Counted from the first letter of the stretch, positions 26,060 through 39,882 are shown. The stretch: 64,000 bases of DNA from Eledone cirrhosa (GCA_964016885.1 OZ024742.1:60450001-60514000), one strand, 5' to 3'. Notes: a model not told the origin generated them from the letters alone. Program-made: numbers and translations.

Positions 26060-27366
26060 AAGAAACGGAGCAAAGGACTCGCGTATAATCCTGTAATTAA
26101 ATGAGCTCAAAGGAAAGAGTTTTCCTGGGTACTTTAATATACAATATATAGAGGGAAAAGACACAGAAGAGTGTATTTTTCTTTACAGGAATTTCAAACC
26201 ACCAGTGTGAAGAGAATATAAGCTACTAGAGGCATAGGAAACACATTAAAATTAAAAGTATAAATTAAAATGAGAAACCAAACTCATACCTAGATCACCC
26301 ATGTACAAATTCACCAGGAATTTATTTCGCCATTTAAGTGGATTCCAATTCGGCCCTGTTGGTCATCAGCATGTGTAGAGACCGATATTGTCCGCACTAC
26401 TAGAGAGAACTAAAGTAAACTACCTGTAGCACGTGTAGATATAATGGAAATACGTGCGCGAAGCAGTAACCGGTGGCATGAACAGAACAAGCCACTAGAG
26501 ATGGTAGCCTATACTGTTCGATTTATGGTGCTCAACAGCAGAGAGAGTGCAAGGAGCAAATATCGAGGAAATTAACGGAGCAAAGGACTCGCGTATAATC
26601 CTGTAATTAAATGAGCTCAAAGGGAAGAGTTTACCTGGGGACTTTAATATACAATATATAGAGGGGAAGACACAGAAGGGTGTGTTTTTCTTTACAGGAA
26701 TTTTAAACCACCAGCGTGAAGAGAATATAAGCTAATAGAGGCATAGGAAAAACATTAACATTAAAATTATAAATTAATTCTCTTCACACTGGTGGTTTGA
26801 AATTCCTGTAAAGAAAAACACACCCTTCTGTGTCTTTCCCCTCTATATATTGTATTTTAAAGTCCCCAGGAAAACTCTTCCCTTTGAGCTCATTTAATTA
26901 CAGGATTATACGCGAGTCCTTTGCTCCGTTATTTTACTTGATATTTGCTCCTTGCGCTCTCTCTCCTCTTCAGGACCATATATTGAACAGTATAGGCTGC
27001 CATTTCTAGCAGCTTGTTCTGTTCATGCCAGCGGTTACTGCCTCGCGCACGTATTTCCATTATATCCACACGTGCTACAGGTAGTTTACCTTAGTTCTCT
27101 CTCTCTAGTAGTGCGGACAATATCGGTCTCTACACATGGTGATGATCCACAGGGCAGAATTGGAACCGACTTAAATGGCCAAACAATCTCCTGGTGAGTT
27201 TGTACGTGTGTGATCTAGGTATGAGGTTACTTTCTCATTTTAATTTATACTTTTAATTTTAATGTTTTTCCTATGCCTCTATTAGCTTATATTCTCTTCA
27301 CACTGGTGGCTTCAAATTCCTGTAAAGAAAAACACACTCTCCTCTGTCTTTCCTCTCTATATATTG

Positions 27367-27367
<1 letters not shown>
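26060..27367. mobile_element. 1.3 kb palindrome built from a 510-bp tandem monomer
   Basis: CGGAGCAAAGGACTCGCG at 26066 and 26576; 26777-27367 is the reverse complement of the left arm. Hammerhead-like cores at 26312-26375 (-) and 27133-27196 (+, degenerate). Confidence 0.85.
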
Positions 27368-27441
<74 letters not shown>

Positions 27442-27444
27442 TAT

Positions 27445-27496
<52 letters not shown>

Positions 27497-27724
27497 CAAG
27501 TTTTTATACCCCAATAGCTGCAAAAGGCGCTGGACATCAATCAAATCTGTAGAATTTCAGTCGGTCACATATCATGTGAGTGTGTACACACATACTCAAC
27601 ACCCACAAACACCGACTCGAGGTCAAAGAAAAAATATATATACATACCAAGACAGAATCAGATCTGTAGAACTATAGACGGTTACAATTAGTGTGAGTGG
27701 GTACATATAACAATTAGTGTTGTG

Positions 27725-28380
27725 GTAACAACGCCGGATGAAATGGCTGACTAGGGAAAGGGCTTGGGACTCAAAGTTAGCATCTCGGCTGCAGAGGCGG
27801 CGGATCCGGAGGAGTTGGGAGTAGGGAATATAGTGTTTAGTGTGTGTGTAGGGTGGGAGGAGGTGAACTGAAGGTTGGAGTGGGAGTCGGTGGGTTTGAA
27901 GAAGGCGGAGGGGACGAGGGAGTTGTGGGATGGGTCGATGGTGATGGAGATGTCTAAGAAGTGGACGTGGGTGGTGGAGATAGAGGTGGTAAAGTGGAGG
28001 GAGGGGTGCAAGGAGCAGAAGAAGGAGAGAAAGGAGTCGAGCTGTTCTCGGGTGAGGGTTGTGGCTCCGATGCAGTCGGCGATGTAACGACCGTACAGTT
28101 CGGGCGTCGGGCCGGCGAACTGGGCAAAGATTTGGGCCCAAACATGGCCATCTAAAAGGTTGGCATAGTTTGGGTCCATTCTAGTGCCCATGGCTACCGC
28201 CGTGACCTGTTGGTAAAACTCACCCGAGAAGTAGAAGCAGTTGACGGTGACGACCAGCTCGGCGAGGCGAAGAGGGTGGGGGAGGGGCTAGGTCGAGGTA
28301 GTGTCGGAGGGCACGTAGGCCGTCGGCGAGGGGGATGACAGTATAGAGGGACTGGATATCTAGGGTGAAGAGGAGGGGTT
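27725..28380 (-). pseudogene. Internal RT fragment of the same Neptune-like PLE family as 3233-5179
   Basis: LLFTLDIQSLYTVIP, MGTRMDPNYANL, YGRYIAD, FLDI, PYSQLLRIRRLCS. Confidence 0.9.
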
Positions 28381-28680
28381 TACGTATGGGTTTACCGAAC
28401 ATTTATTATGTTCGCTTTGTTTGTAAACAAACAGCCCGAATTAAGCTGTTCATGGTTAGGCAACCATCGTTGCCCTTTTGTTCAACACTGACAAAGAAAT
28501 AATGTATTAGTTTCTAGCTTATTAGCTGTCATCACCACTGTATACCTTCCTGTCAGTCGATTGAATGTTCGAAAGTATATACTTTCCTTGTGCATATTAT
28601 CGGCTGAGCAGCCTAATTTGCATATCGAGTGAGTTAGTCGGCCGGGCGTACCGAAAACGATAAAAAAACTTCATTTTCTT
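28381..28680 (-). mobile_element. Family Y copy with degenerate hammerhead (28501-28540)
   Basis: Reverse complement of 22025-22310; octamer at 28616-28623. Confidence 0.82.
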
Positions 28681-28891
28681 ATATATATATATATATATAT
28701 ATTTAGTTTTGTTGGTTCACCACTGGATAGAACTGGCCATTCCGTATGGTCAATCTAGATGTAATATTATGGAGAGCACTCAACGTAATGCAACTCACGT
28801 CTCCCTGTGTGTAGTTGGTGGTGCGAGTACGGAGTTAATTATTATAAAATAACAGGAGGCTGGACTGGTGTAAATCCTTGAAAGGTTTATT

Positions 28892-28949
28892 ATACTATGA
28901 TCATTTCAATGACCGGGTTCAGTATGAATCCGGTGACATCATCAGGTAT
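28892..28949 (-). ncRNA. Type I hammerhead in a pLTR (~28703-29290)
   Basis: atac CTGATGA tgtcaccgg..ccggtcatt GAAA TGATCA T A gtat, then AATAAA. GTGAGT donor at ~28799. Confidence 0.85.
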
Positions 28950-29513
28950 TTGAAATATAACAAAGGAATATAATAGACAAAATCCATGGGGCTGAAAATC
29001 AGAGATATTACTGCGGCGAACATTTAGCAGCTTCTACCCCAGTCGGCCTCCCTCGAGTGGTTATTATTAAGCCTACTTATGTCCATCTGGTGAAGGGGTG
29101 TAGGCTTATAATGTACTACTACTACCCCGTCAAAGACACAGGCCAGCGTTGAGATCAGATTACAATCAAGCTGGTCAAGCGTGCTAGAAAGTGCCGCGAA
29201 AAATATTATTTCAAAGAACATATATCTCTTCAACAAAGCTACATATAGTAATATATAGTAGGCGTCTGCATAGTATAATGTATGGACAGAAATTACGATT
29301 AACAATTAGAAACGTTAAGATTTATGTTTAGGTTTAGAAGATGCCTGAATACAATAAATACATGGCTGAATACAATAAATGCAATCTGAGTTTTTCGAAT
29401 ATTAATAATAATATTCGATTCGTTTGCAATTATGCAAACAAACCTCTTATTAAGCCATGTCAGTAGAATGATCCCCCCTCCCATTCTTGCTCTTGTGTTG
29501 ACATCAATACAGA

Positions 29514-29560
29514 ACTGCAGACATTAATGTTTCTGGGTGATTACCCTTCATCAGTACAGT
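29514..29560 (-). ncRNA. Type I hammerhead in a diverged family-Y relative (~29300-29700)
   Basis: actgta CTGATGA a gggt aatc accc a GAAAC ATTAAT GT C tgcagt. Confidence 0.92.
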
Positions 29561-29872
29561 TTATTGTTCACCTGGCAACTGTCAGAGCTAGTGAAAGTAT
29601 AGATATTTTCTAAAATATACAGCGACTGATCTGCCTGCTAATATGCAGATCTGACTGATCAGCCAGTCTGCTAATATGCAAATCCGTTTTTTGGTGTGTC
29701 TGATATGACTCCACAGCGTCTCAGAACAGCATGAAATTACTTTAATATTTCTTGCTAAACACATCTTCTAGTTATCGACTATATGCTTTCTAACAGATAC
29801 TCTCCACCATAACAATATGGCGTACACCAAACCACGCATACACACACACTATATAGATATATATATGTACAC

Positions 29873-29968
<96 letters not shown>

Positions 29969-31065
29969 TTGTGTGTGTTTGTGTGTGCGTTTGTGTGTGC
30001 GTTTGTGTGCGTTTGTGTGCGTTTGTGTGCGTTTGTGTGCGTTTGTGTATGTGTGTGTGCACCACGTGTGCCTAGAACAGGAGAGCCTATCTTCTTTGAC
30101 TTTATATTTAGCTAATACAGATAATTTCCCTCTTGATTCACGTCTGAATGAAATTACTCAGTTCGTTGTTTAAGGAAATGATAAAGCTACTCTATGTTAA
30201 TTGGTTTTACTGTCAAGTTAAAACGAGGCTTAATCGGATGCATTTATTAGTTAATTAACTCTAAGTTTTTAATTTGACATCGTGTATTTAAGATTTAGAC
30301 CGCCCAACCGCCACTCCCAATTCTTAACTTACATTGCCTCTCGATTTACTGTGTGATAAAAGTTTTATCATTCATGATTTGTTTGATTTGTTGTTAAATA
30401 TGTGTCTTACTGAAGCAGCCTTAGTGTTATATAAATATACACTATCATTCGAGGTTGATAATCTTTAACAACCTGCTAGGCATACGTTGTATGATTTCAG
30501 CATACGGGTATGGTCAAGGTGGCTACAACATTTCTATTGAATCACGTTCACTTTAATTACGCTACTATTGCTTAAGGAAATCGATAAGAAAACATAACCC
30601 ATAGCACATATCCCATCTCATTATATTGTGTATACCCTGAAACAGACACTGGCTTTAAAAATCAATATTTCTTAATGATAGGCGAGATTTGATCACATCT
30701 TGAAATATATTTCCATTGAATCATTTTAAACGATAGTTGATTCTCACATTCCCTGCAACTTTCTCTTGGTACTTTAAGATGAGTAAAGAAGTAGCTATCG
30801 GTAAATATGTTTTCAAAATTTACTTAAGTAGAGTGATACAGTCCCCTAAATCTGAAGAACAAATTCTGCTTGAATTGAAATTAGATTGAGTCTCGAAACT
30901 AGAATGTAAAGAAAACATGTTTATGTGTACCTTTTTGTTAAGCTTTTGCGATTTCTAAATATTTTTGTACCGACATCTCTTTACATTATTCTCTTTCTCT
31001 TTATCTTTCTTTCTAGTGTATGAAGTTAGTGATTGGTAACAGTAACATTTTATCTCCACTTTATC

Positions 31066-31240
<175 letters not shown>

Positions 31241-31699
31241 GTGCGAACACTGTTTGTATATACGACAATAATTGGAATACTATACACATTTATCTTATAC
31301 TAAAAACTGTCGTATGTAAAACGAATTAATCTCATGTCGTACAAATAAAATATTAAATTAATCATTTAATATGTCAAAACTCTCGAGAAAACTGTAACAG
31401 ATATACCGCACATAATGCGAATGGTTGGGATGTTTAGCAAAATGAAATATTCGTAAAAATGAATTCAAGCACTCTAATAGATCTCTCATCACGTAAGACT
31501 TTAATTTATCAATTCAATATGGCATTAGCGTATTTACATTTCTCAGTTTTAGTAGTATTTTTGTTGGTATTTCGAACAAAGTACTGAAGTGAGTGCCTAC
31601 AAAGTTCACAAAAGTATATACGTAAAATTAGAAAAATATAAATTATATATATATATATATATAGATATAGATATATATATCTAGATATATATATATAAT

Positions 31700-34600
31700 T
31701 TACCAACCACTCGCGCCATCTTTTCCACATTCACCCACCTTTTATAAAATTTGCTGGGGTACAGCCCCTCTCTCTCCTTCCTGATTCTTCTTCCAAAATG
31801 ATATTTGAGATTACGAATCAGTTGCTCGCCGGAGATAAAGGTGTTTGACCTCAGCCCTTTTAACCTCGTCCACCGTATAACCTCTTTCAACATAGCCATA
31901 ACACTTAGGAAAACCGCCTCTCCCTCGTTTTTGAAGGGGGGTCGTGGTTTGATCATGACAATGGACTGGGTGGTCAACTGGATTGGTCCAACCCGCGACA
32001 ATAGTCGTTCTACATAGCCCCACAGGTCGATAACGCCCGGGCAGTGTACAAATGCGCGTGCGACGGTTTCCTCGTCGCGCACGCATCTCGGACAGATCTT
32101 TTTCGAAGGGTCCCTAACCGGGCGCCCGTGTCTGTAGAGCTTGTCTCGAACTGGTAGAGCTCCTCAGTAGCACTGCCAGGCCAGGGACTTTTGGAAGTTG
32201 TCCATTGGTCCCGGGCGGAAGGTCCTACCGAACAGTCTGGCCAGTTCGTCCTCCTCTACGCCTAGAGTTTCTCCGAGCGTGTCGTCGCACTTGCTGCGGA
32301 ACAACCCTCTATAGAATGTCGAAGTGGAGTCTCCACTGATCGCCGGGTCTGTTTGCCAGAGGACTGTGAACGCCTGAGCACATTCGATGTGCCAGTCGCC
32401 CATTTTCCTCGGTGTTTGCTTGACACAGGACTGCAGCTCGGTCAGCGAGACGAGTCGTGGGAAGGCTCGCCTCACGAATGGGCCCACACCGGTTGTCTGG
32501 TGAGGAATACGTGGAGGTGCTGTAGCCTGAGCGCCTGTTTGCGCATCGTCAGCCACGGCAACGCCAGCCCTCCATTTGAAGGGTGTTGGCAGCAGTTGGA
32601 TCTTCTCACCAAAGGAGCCCGCCTCTTCCAAAGGAATTGGAAGAGCGCGCGCTCCATTTTGGTGAGCGTTTTGGCTGGACAAGGCACAACGGTCAAGCGG
32701 TAGTAGATGACGGACGCTATAAAAGTGTTCGCCACCTCCGCTCGACCTTTCAAGTATAGTTTGCACTCGGCCCACTTCTGGGTGAGCGCAAACACCTTGG
32801 CCGTCACCTCGTTTCAGTTCTTCTCCACTGGAGGTCAGGACCAAACCAGACCCCGAGCAACTTTACCGGTCCTTCCGTCCAGCGTCCGACGACGTCATCG
32901 GAAGGCATCGGTTTGCCTCTCCACGTTCCGAGTTGCAAACCGACGGTTTTGTCCCGGTTCAGCTTCGCTCCTGTGAACCTTTCGTATTCCTCCAGTAAGG
33001 TGCCGATCTCCCCGATTTGCGAGGTGCTTGACACCATTACTGTCACGTCGTCGGCGTAGGCCCCGCTCAGCTTTTCGCAGTCCCGGTTCCAAAGGAATGC
33101 CCTGCAATAGCTCCAACTTCCGCAGTAGTGGCTCGAGAGTCAGTACGTACAGAAGGAAGGAGAGAGGGCATCCCTGTCGGATGGATCGCGTGATATGGAA
33201 CGGCTGTTCACCTTGACCCTTGCGCAGATGTTGCTGTTGTGCATTGCAGCAATCCAGCCCCTGAACACGGGACCGAAACCTGCCGCCTCGAGCACCGCAT
33301 CCAGGTAACGATGGTCAACCCTATCGAAAGCCTTAGACTGATCCAAGATGATCAGGGCCCCACCGAAGCCTGGTTTACACCCTATCCTCTCTATGATGTA
33401 TCGCATGAGGTGGAGGTTGTCGTGTATGGACCTGGTCGGGATTGCGCATGTCTGCGCTTTCCCACCAGGTTTTCGACGACAAGCGCCATCCTCTTTGCCA
33501 ACACCTTGGCCAAAATCTGTAACTCTGTGTTGAGCAAAGTTATGGGCCAGAAGTTGCCTATGTCATCCCCCTTGTTCTCGACCTTCCTGACTAACGTGAT
33601 TACGCCCTTGGTCACAGAACTGGGAATTCTCCCGTTCTGCTGCCAGTTGCAGTAAACCGCTTCCAGGAGACCGGAGGACAAGTCCGGCATTGCTACGTAA
33701 AATTCGTAGGTTAGACCGCCGAGACCTGGAGATTTGCGTTTGCCGCATTGGCTCAGCACGTCCCCTATCTCAGCGGCCGAAATAGGCCTTTCGCAGAACT
33801 TCGCCTCGCTGTCCGAGAGTCGCGGTAGGCCGTCGAGGTATGAACCGAAAACCGTAGCCCCTCTCGGCGCGCCCCTCTGCCCGAACAGTTGAGAAAAGTG
33901 CCGCTGAAAAGCCGCGCACGTTTGCTTCGCCTCACGTATCACGCGTCCGTCTTGTTCCTTCAAAGACCGAATCGTAGACTTGTTGCCACTTTTCGCCTCC
34001 GTCACTCGGGCCCAGCTAACAGCTGTGGCTCCCTCGTTTCCCAGAGCACGTATTTTGCTTCTGACAACGCAGTCTTCATGCTTTGCGTCGAAGAACTGGT
34101 CCAAAGCCGTTCTCGTCGCTAGCACGCTGGCTACGTTGTCACTCCTAAGTGCCTCTTCTACTTTATCTACCAGTTCCTTTTCGGTCTTATTTCTATCTAA
34201 CACTAATTCTTTACTGAAACCTATCGAGTCTAATCTAACTGCCCTCTTGAGAGAGTACCGCCATCTGTTGTTGACAACGGCCCCCGTCAAGTGCTACTTA
34301 ACTAAAGTGCTAATCCGTCTACTGTAGGCTTTGCATGTCAGTAACGACAAGTTCAGCTTCCAGTAGCCGGGTCCATGTCTATGGGTTTTGTCAAGGTTGA
34401 CTAAGCAGGTCACTAATTTGTGATCTGAATAGGCGACCATGAAAATTTGTGGACAGCTTAACATGTCCCTATCCTTCTTTCTAACTAGAACCCTATCTAA
34501 GTACGATCTAGATGTTCCGCTACGATTAGTCCACGTCCACAGTGACAAAGTCGGAAAATCTAGTCGATATCTATCGGCCAGGTCAAATTGGCCGATTAAC

Positions 34601-35100
34601 TGTTTGAGGCTGTTACACCCCCCTCTATCGGGACATGCTCCCATATAATCCCAACGTGCATCTAGGATTCCATTCCAGTCCCCCACTAACAGCAGGGAGC
34701 GGGACGTGCCCAGAAAATTCTCTAGACGTTTTAAGAAGTCTGCCCGCGGTGTCCCGGATGGAGCATATGCGGCCACCAGACTGAAGGCTCCACCTTCACT
34801 ACCGTCAACGTCTAGGACCACCAGTCGAGCCTCCGGATCCAGATGTACCGTCTGTGTTACGAGGTCCATGTGTTTCCGCAGCAAAACGCCAACCCCACCC
34901 CCACCTCCCGGGTGACAGATAGATGCGTAGATCTCAAAGTCGTCGAAGATGGGGGCCAGTTGTGACTCGCTGTGGATCCTTGACTCGCAAATGGCTACTA
35001 CATCCATACTGTGCGACCTGAGGTCGTTTAAGCGTTTGCTCTGTTTCGAGGGCATCCCCAGGCCGCGTACATTCACATATCCAACTCTTATATTGGCCAT
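31700..35100 (-). pseudogene. LINE ORF2: APE endonuclease, RT and C-terminal Cys motif, frameshifted
   Basis: NVRGL, GDWN, YLDRV, YSDH, GYWKLN, KSPG, WPITLLNTE, LDQSKAFDRVDH, RQGCPLS, YADD, CPRC..EET..AFVHC. Confidence 0.93.
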
Positions 35101-35770
35101 GTTGGTGCTGAAAAGTTAAAAGAAGAGGAAAAGAAATCACTCACCTCTTCGTCTCCTGGGGACCTGGCTGCACAATTTCCATGGGGGTGTTGGAGGGGTT
35201 GTTTGGTGGGGTGGTGGTCTCTGGCGGGGTGGGGACGGGGATGTGTGGTGGGGGCGGGGTGTCAGGTGGGGTGGGGTGTCTGGGGTGGGATTATCTGGGG
35301 TGGGGGTGAGGAAACATTTCAAAAGGACGCGGTTATAGGGTTTGACGCAGGGGTTACCTACGTCGTTAGGACATTTTTCTTTTAACTGTTTATGTATGTC
35401 CATGGTGATCCTAATCATTTTAAGATTAGGATTCTCCCCAGAGTGTGTAAAATTTTTCCCTTCGGTGGAGACCGAAGGGTTTTTATATATGGTGTCTGTT
35501 AAAGTTTTATTGTTTGTATTTATGTAGGTGTAACATTTTTGTTGTGTTGTGTTGCTTTTTTGTGTGGTTCTTGTGTGTGATTACGTTTTGTAGTAGGTGT
35601 TTTGTTTTCAGGAGGGAGTGTTTTTGTTTGTGCTGTTTGCGTCGCTTGTGTTGGTGTTTGTGTGTTTGTTGCATTTTTGTTTGTGTTATGTCTTTTCTTT
35701 TTTCTTATTACTGGTCGTAACGGCTCTCCCTCGTCGTCACAGGGTGACGACGATGAGGCCTCATCCGTGA
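31700..35770 (-). mobile_element. Tx1/L1-like LINE: ORF1 3' part plus near-complete ORF2
   Basis: APE-RT-Cys ORF2 preceded by a T/P-rich ORF1 remnant. The 3' end runs into (TA)n. Confidence 0.9.
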
Positions 35771-36609
35771 ATAGATAGATAGACAGATAGATAGATATTG
35801 AAGGGGTGAGGTGAGCGTAACAGTAACAGGTAAACAAAAATAACCAAACAAACGGCACAGTACATGGAAGAAATATATTAATTTGACGCTTGAAACAGCA
35901 AATAAGTATATACACTGTTGTATTGTAGACTGTAAAAACATAATGTATTAAGTTTGTCTTTTCTCTATGTTTAACTATTATTTAGATATCTTCATAGATT
36001 TAACCATACATATTGATTGCATCAGATTCTCAGGTAAGCATTGGATTTTTTAATAAGGGATATTATCGCATATTCCACCTTTGCTCCGATCTGGCAGAAA
36101 GCAGTTAGACCACTAATTAAGATCATCAACATTGTCATACAAAATTTCCCACTGACATACCGGGAGAACTAAGTTAAGATTGTTAATTTATATGTAATGA
36201 ACAAAATAATATATACAACGTATAAAGAAATATATATTTTTAATTTACTATATTTATGTATAATATGTATAATTTCATATTTAATTTACTATTATATCAT
36301 ATGTATATAATTATATAATAATATTTTCTACATACTACTAAAACTCGGTGATTGTGTGATTGTCAGTAATTTAATACAGCCAGAACGGTGCATAATGGGA
36401 AAATACATTGAAAGGAAGTTGCCCCTGATATGGAAATACAAATGGAATAAAACAGGTTTCGCGAGATACGATCTTTTCCGGGCGCCTTCATGAATAAAGA
36501 GTGAGAGAAAGATAGAGAGAAAGGCATAGTGGTTGTGAGAGAGTAGAAGGAAAGAGAGAAAGGGAGAGAAAATATATATGCACACACACAATACAAATTC
36601 GCACACACG

Positions 36610-36661
<52 letters not shown>

Positions 36662-36735
36662 TTTTGCGAGGTTCTGTTATTAATTCTGGCAATATTACAC
36701 AAATATGACCCTCCCCAATTATAACAATATATATA

Positions 36736-36987
36736 TTTATTAAAATAACTGATTAAAGTTTAAGCAAAGAATCGTTGCTTTCACCCTTAACGGGATCTTC
36801 TGAAACTAACAAAGTCAATCTGTGAACACAGAAGTGAATATTTCAAAAAACGTTGCAACGGGAGGAAGACAGGAAGACGATACTTTGGTTCGTGGAAACG
36901 TTCCCTGGCAAAGAACGGGAAAAAACGAATATAATACGTCATTATTTAGAACGTTGAAAAACAATTAGTCTTCAAATTTATTATTAT

Positions 36988-36991
<4 letters not shown>
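36736..36991. repeat. Family U fragment (see 56616-57091)
   Basis: Nearly identical to 56616-56823; ends TTATTATTACTA(TA)n. Confidence 0.8.
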
Positions 36992-37033
<42 letters not shown>

Positions 37034-37319
37034 CTTCCAATGTCGTTTTACATTATATACATATCTGTGTATATTTTAATTATTTAAAAATTATTTCCAA
37101 GTGATCATGATTTAACAAAATATATTTTTAAGTGAACGTGACACAACGGGTAACGAGTGGTCTAATAAATAATAAATTTACAGCGTCTCCCGAAAAACAC
37201 CGCTGAAAAAGAGACCTTTCTATATACACAAATATATTTTTACTCAATAAAATAATGCACAAATTCACAACCCATGTTAATAGTATACCACTAAAATAAC
37301 CCATCCAGATAGGTTTTTA

Positions 37320-37640
37320 GGGAGGTGGTTCAATGAAAAAGATGAGTTTGGTGAAATGAAAGTAGCCTGTCAGTCTCAGGCTGAATTGTACTAACAAGCC
37401 CGAGACCTCTACGCTCTGTAATTCGGAGCTTGGACTGCAGCTTCGCGAGAAAGAGAGTGACCGCACTGAAACCTCTCTCAACCATACATGATGTTGGAAA
37501 GGCAATGAAGTACAACTTAACTTTCTTCTAATGTCAGGTATAGCCTTTTGAAGCCAGAAGTTTTGGAATCTCTAGCGGACATTAGGCTTCAATTCAATGT
37601 CATTTCGAAATGATATCTTCTCGCTCCCCACGCTCTTCTC
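37320..37640 (-). mobile_element. hAT (Charlie-like) transposase C-terminal remnant
   Basis: FPTSCMVERGFSAV...LRITER...HQTH, the hAT dimerisation-domain end. Confidence 0.8.
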
Positions 37641-37994
37641 CACCTATGCAAATGAAGGGGCTGACAAGATGAAACATATCATGAAATTGTCGCTCTATAT
37701 CGCCCAATGTAAAATGTTAAGTAGAAGAAAGAACGTAAGATAAGTTTTCAATCTCACGGGCGCATTCACTTGCATGGACGGATTGACACTTACACTATCT
37801 CCGTTCCTCACAACACCCTCCTTTTCTACCCCCCCCCCCATCGTCGCTATAGGGGACCTTCTCAACGCCGCCCAGTTAATGGTAGTGACTATTTTGAGAA
37901 CCTCTGATGTATACAAAGGCGGATATTATAGGGTAGCCTTGTTATCGAGGAAAAAGCTTTTTTTCTTCAATAGTTAGGCCACCATATACACCCC

Positions 37995-38040
<46 letters not shown>

Positions 38041-38042
38041 AT

Positions 38043-38112
<70 letters not shown>

Positions 38113-38876
38113 GGGGGGATGCGTCCATATATATATATAATAGGGGTGTAATAGCCGAAGTAACCCAGGATGCCCACCCGACTCTGGACGTCACCCTAGG
38201 CAAGAACATCACCTGAACCGGGACAGGTTGACACGGATTCCATTGATATTCGGTCAAATGCCTTACACCAATAAGAGACTATACCTCAACCACAGTGAGA
38301 TACTCCAGTGTGGCCATCCACGCACCCCACTGCAGGTGTATCTTTTCAACAGAGAGTGCATACTCTCCACGTATTCCTTTTTGTAACACCTAATGCATTT
38401 TTCGATTGCAGACCCACGTGTGTATCTCATACTTATGTTGTGTACTACATCATATGCATTCACGCTGCTTCTGTTTTTTTTATATATATTCTATACGCAT
38501 TTTCTTTGTACGGTCTGAGCATACTATGTACTGCAATACCATGAACGCCCATTATGTGGCCCTGCGTGAAGATTCCATACGTGGATTGATTCATGTTCGC
38601 AACGTAACAACATCTCTGTAGACACATACAACTGGGCGCACCCTTTCATGTATAGCACACTGTATATCTCTATGTGCCGTTATATGTATATTTTTAATAT
38701 TGTTAATATTTTTAATAGTTTTAATATATTTTATATTTTATATTTTTATATATATATGTATATGCGTATATGTATGTATATATATATATATGTGTATGTA
38801 TGTATTTTTTATGTGTACATGTTTATAACAAGACCCATTGTGTATCTTTATATGACTTTGTGTGTATATTCTGTTC

Positions 38877-38924
<48 letters not shown>

Positions 38925-39013
38925 ATTTGTTTTTAATATATTTTTAATATATTTTTTTATGCGTGCGTGGGTGTGTATGGAAATATGCGCATTTTTGTAG
39001 GAGTTTATATGGG

Positions 39014-39058
<45 letters not shown>

Positions 39059-39882
39059 AAGCACCCCTGTAGGGAAAGGATTTGTTTGTGTGTGTATATA
39101 TATGCGTGTTACGAGCGAGTGTGTACCTGTGCGTGTATATATATGGGTACGTGTATATATGTGTGTGTGCGTGGGTGGAGGGGGTCTAACGTACTAGTCT
39201 GTACGTGTTTGTGTGTACGTGTATACATACGCGTATGCATGTGTATGAGCTTGTGTGTGTGCGTGTATATGTATATAGGCCTGTTGGCATGTGTCTATGC
39301 ATATACGTGCCTCTCTGGATAAATGTATGCGTATGTTTATATGTTCTCCTTAATGTGTGGGTATAGCGGGAGCCTATGAGTACGACTGTCGGTATCTATG
39401 TGGTTGTGTGTGTGTGTATGCGGTTGTGTGTGTGTGTATGCGGTTGTGTGTGTATGAGTGCGCGCGTGGATGTGTGGACTACCAAACATAGCAGTAATTC
39501 ATTGAAGTGTAGCAGCCATGGCACAGCAGAATAATACCTGTGGTCAGAATTTATGATGACGTAGTCACCCAGTGGCCAATCACTGGACGCGCGAAGAGGA
39601 TGAAGTCTTTGACAGTACTGGCCCACAGGGTCAGATACCCCAATGGAAGAATATGCTCCGAAATCATTAGACGTGTCCGTCGAACCTGCGGGTGCAGAAT
39701 CAGACAGATCCACACTATTATCGCGTCTCGAGCTGTCCGCCGGCGAAACAATTGTAACACACAATAAATAGAGCTCAGATGCATCACGGATTTTTCGTTT
39801 TATATTATATCATACTCTGCTCTGTAAGAGCATAGAGTGCTCTACCGGCATACCGCCTATGGAAGTATCTTAGCTACCATCT

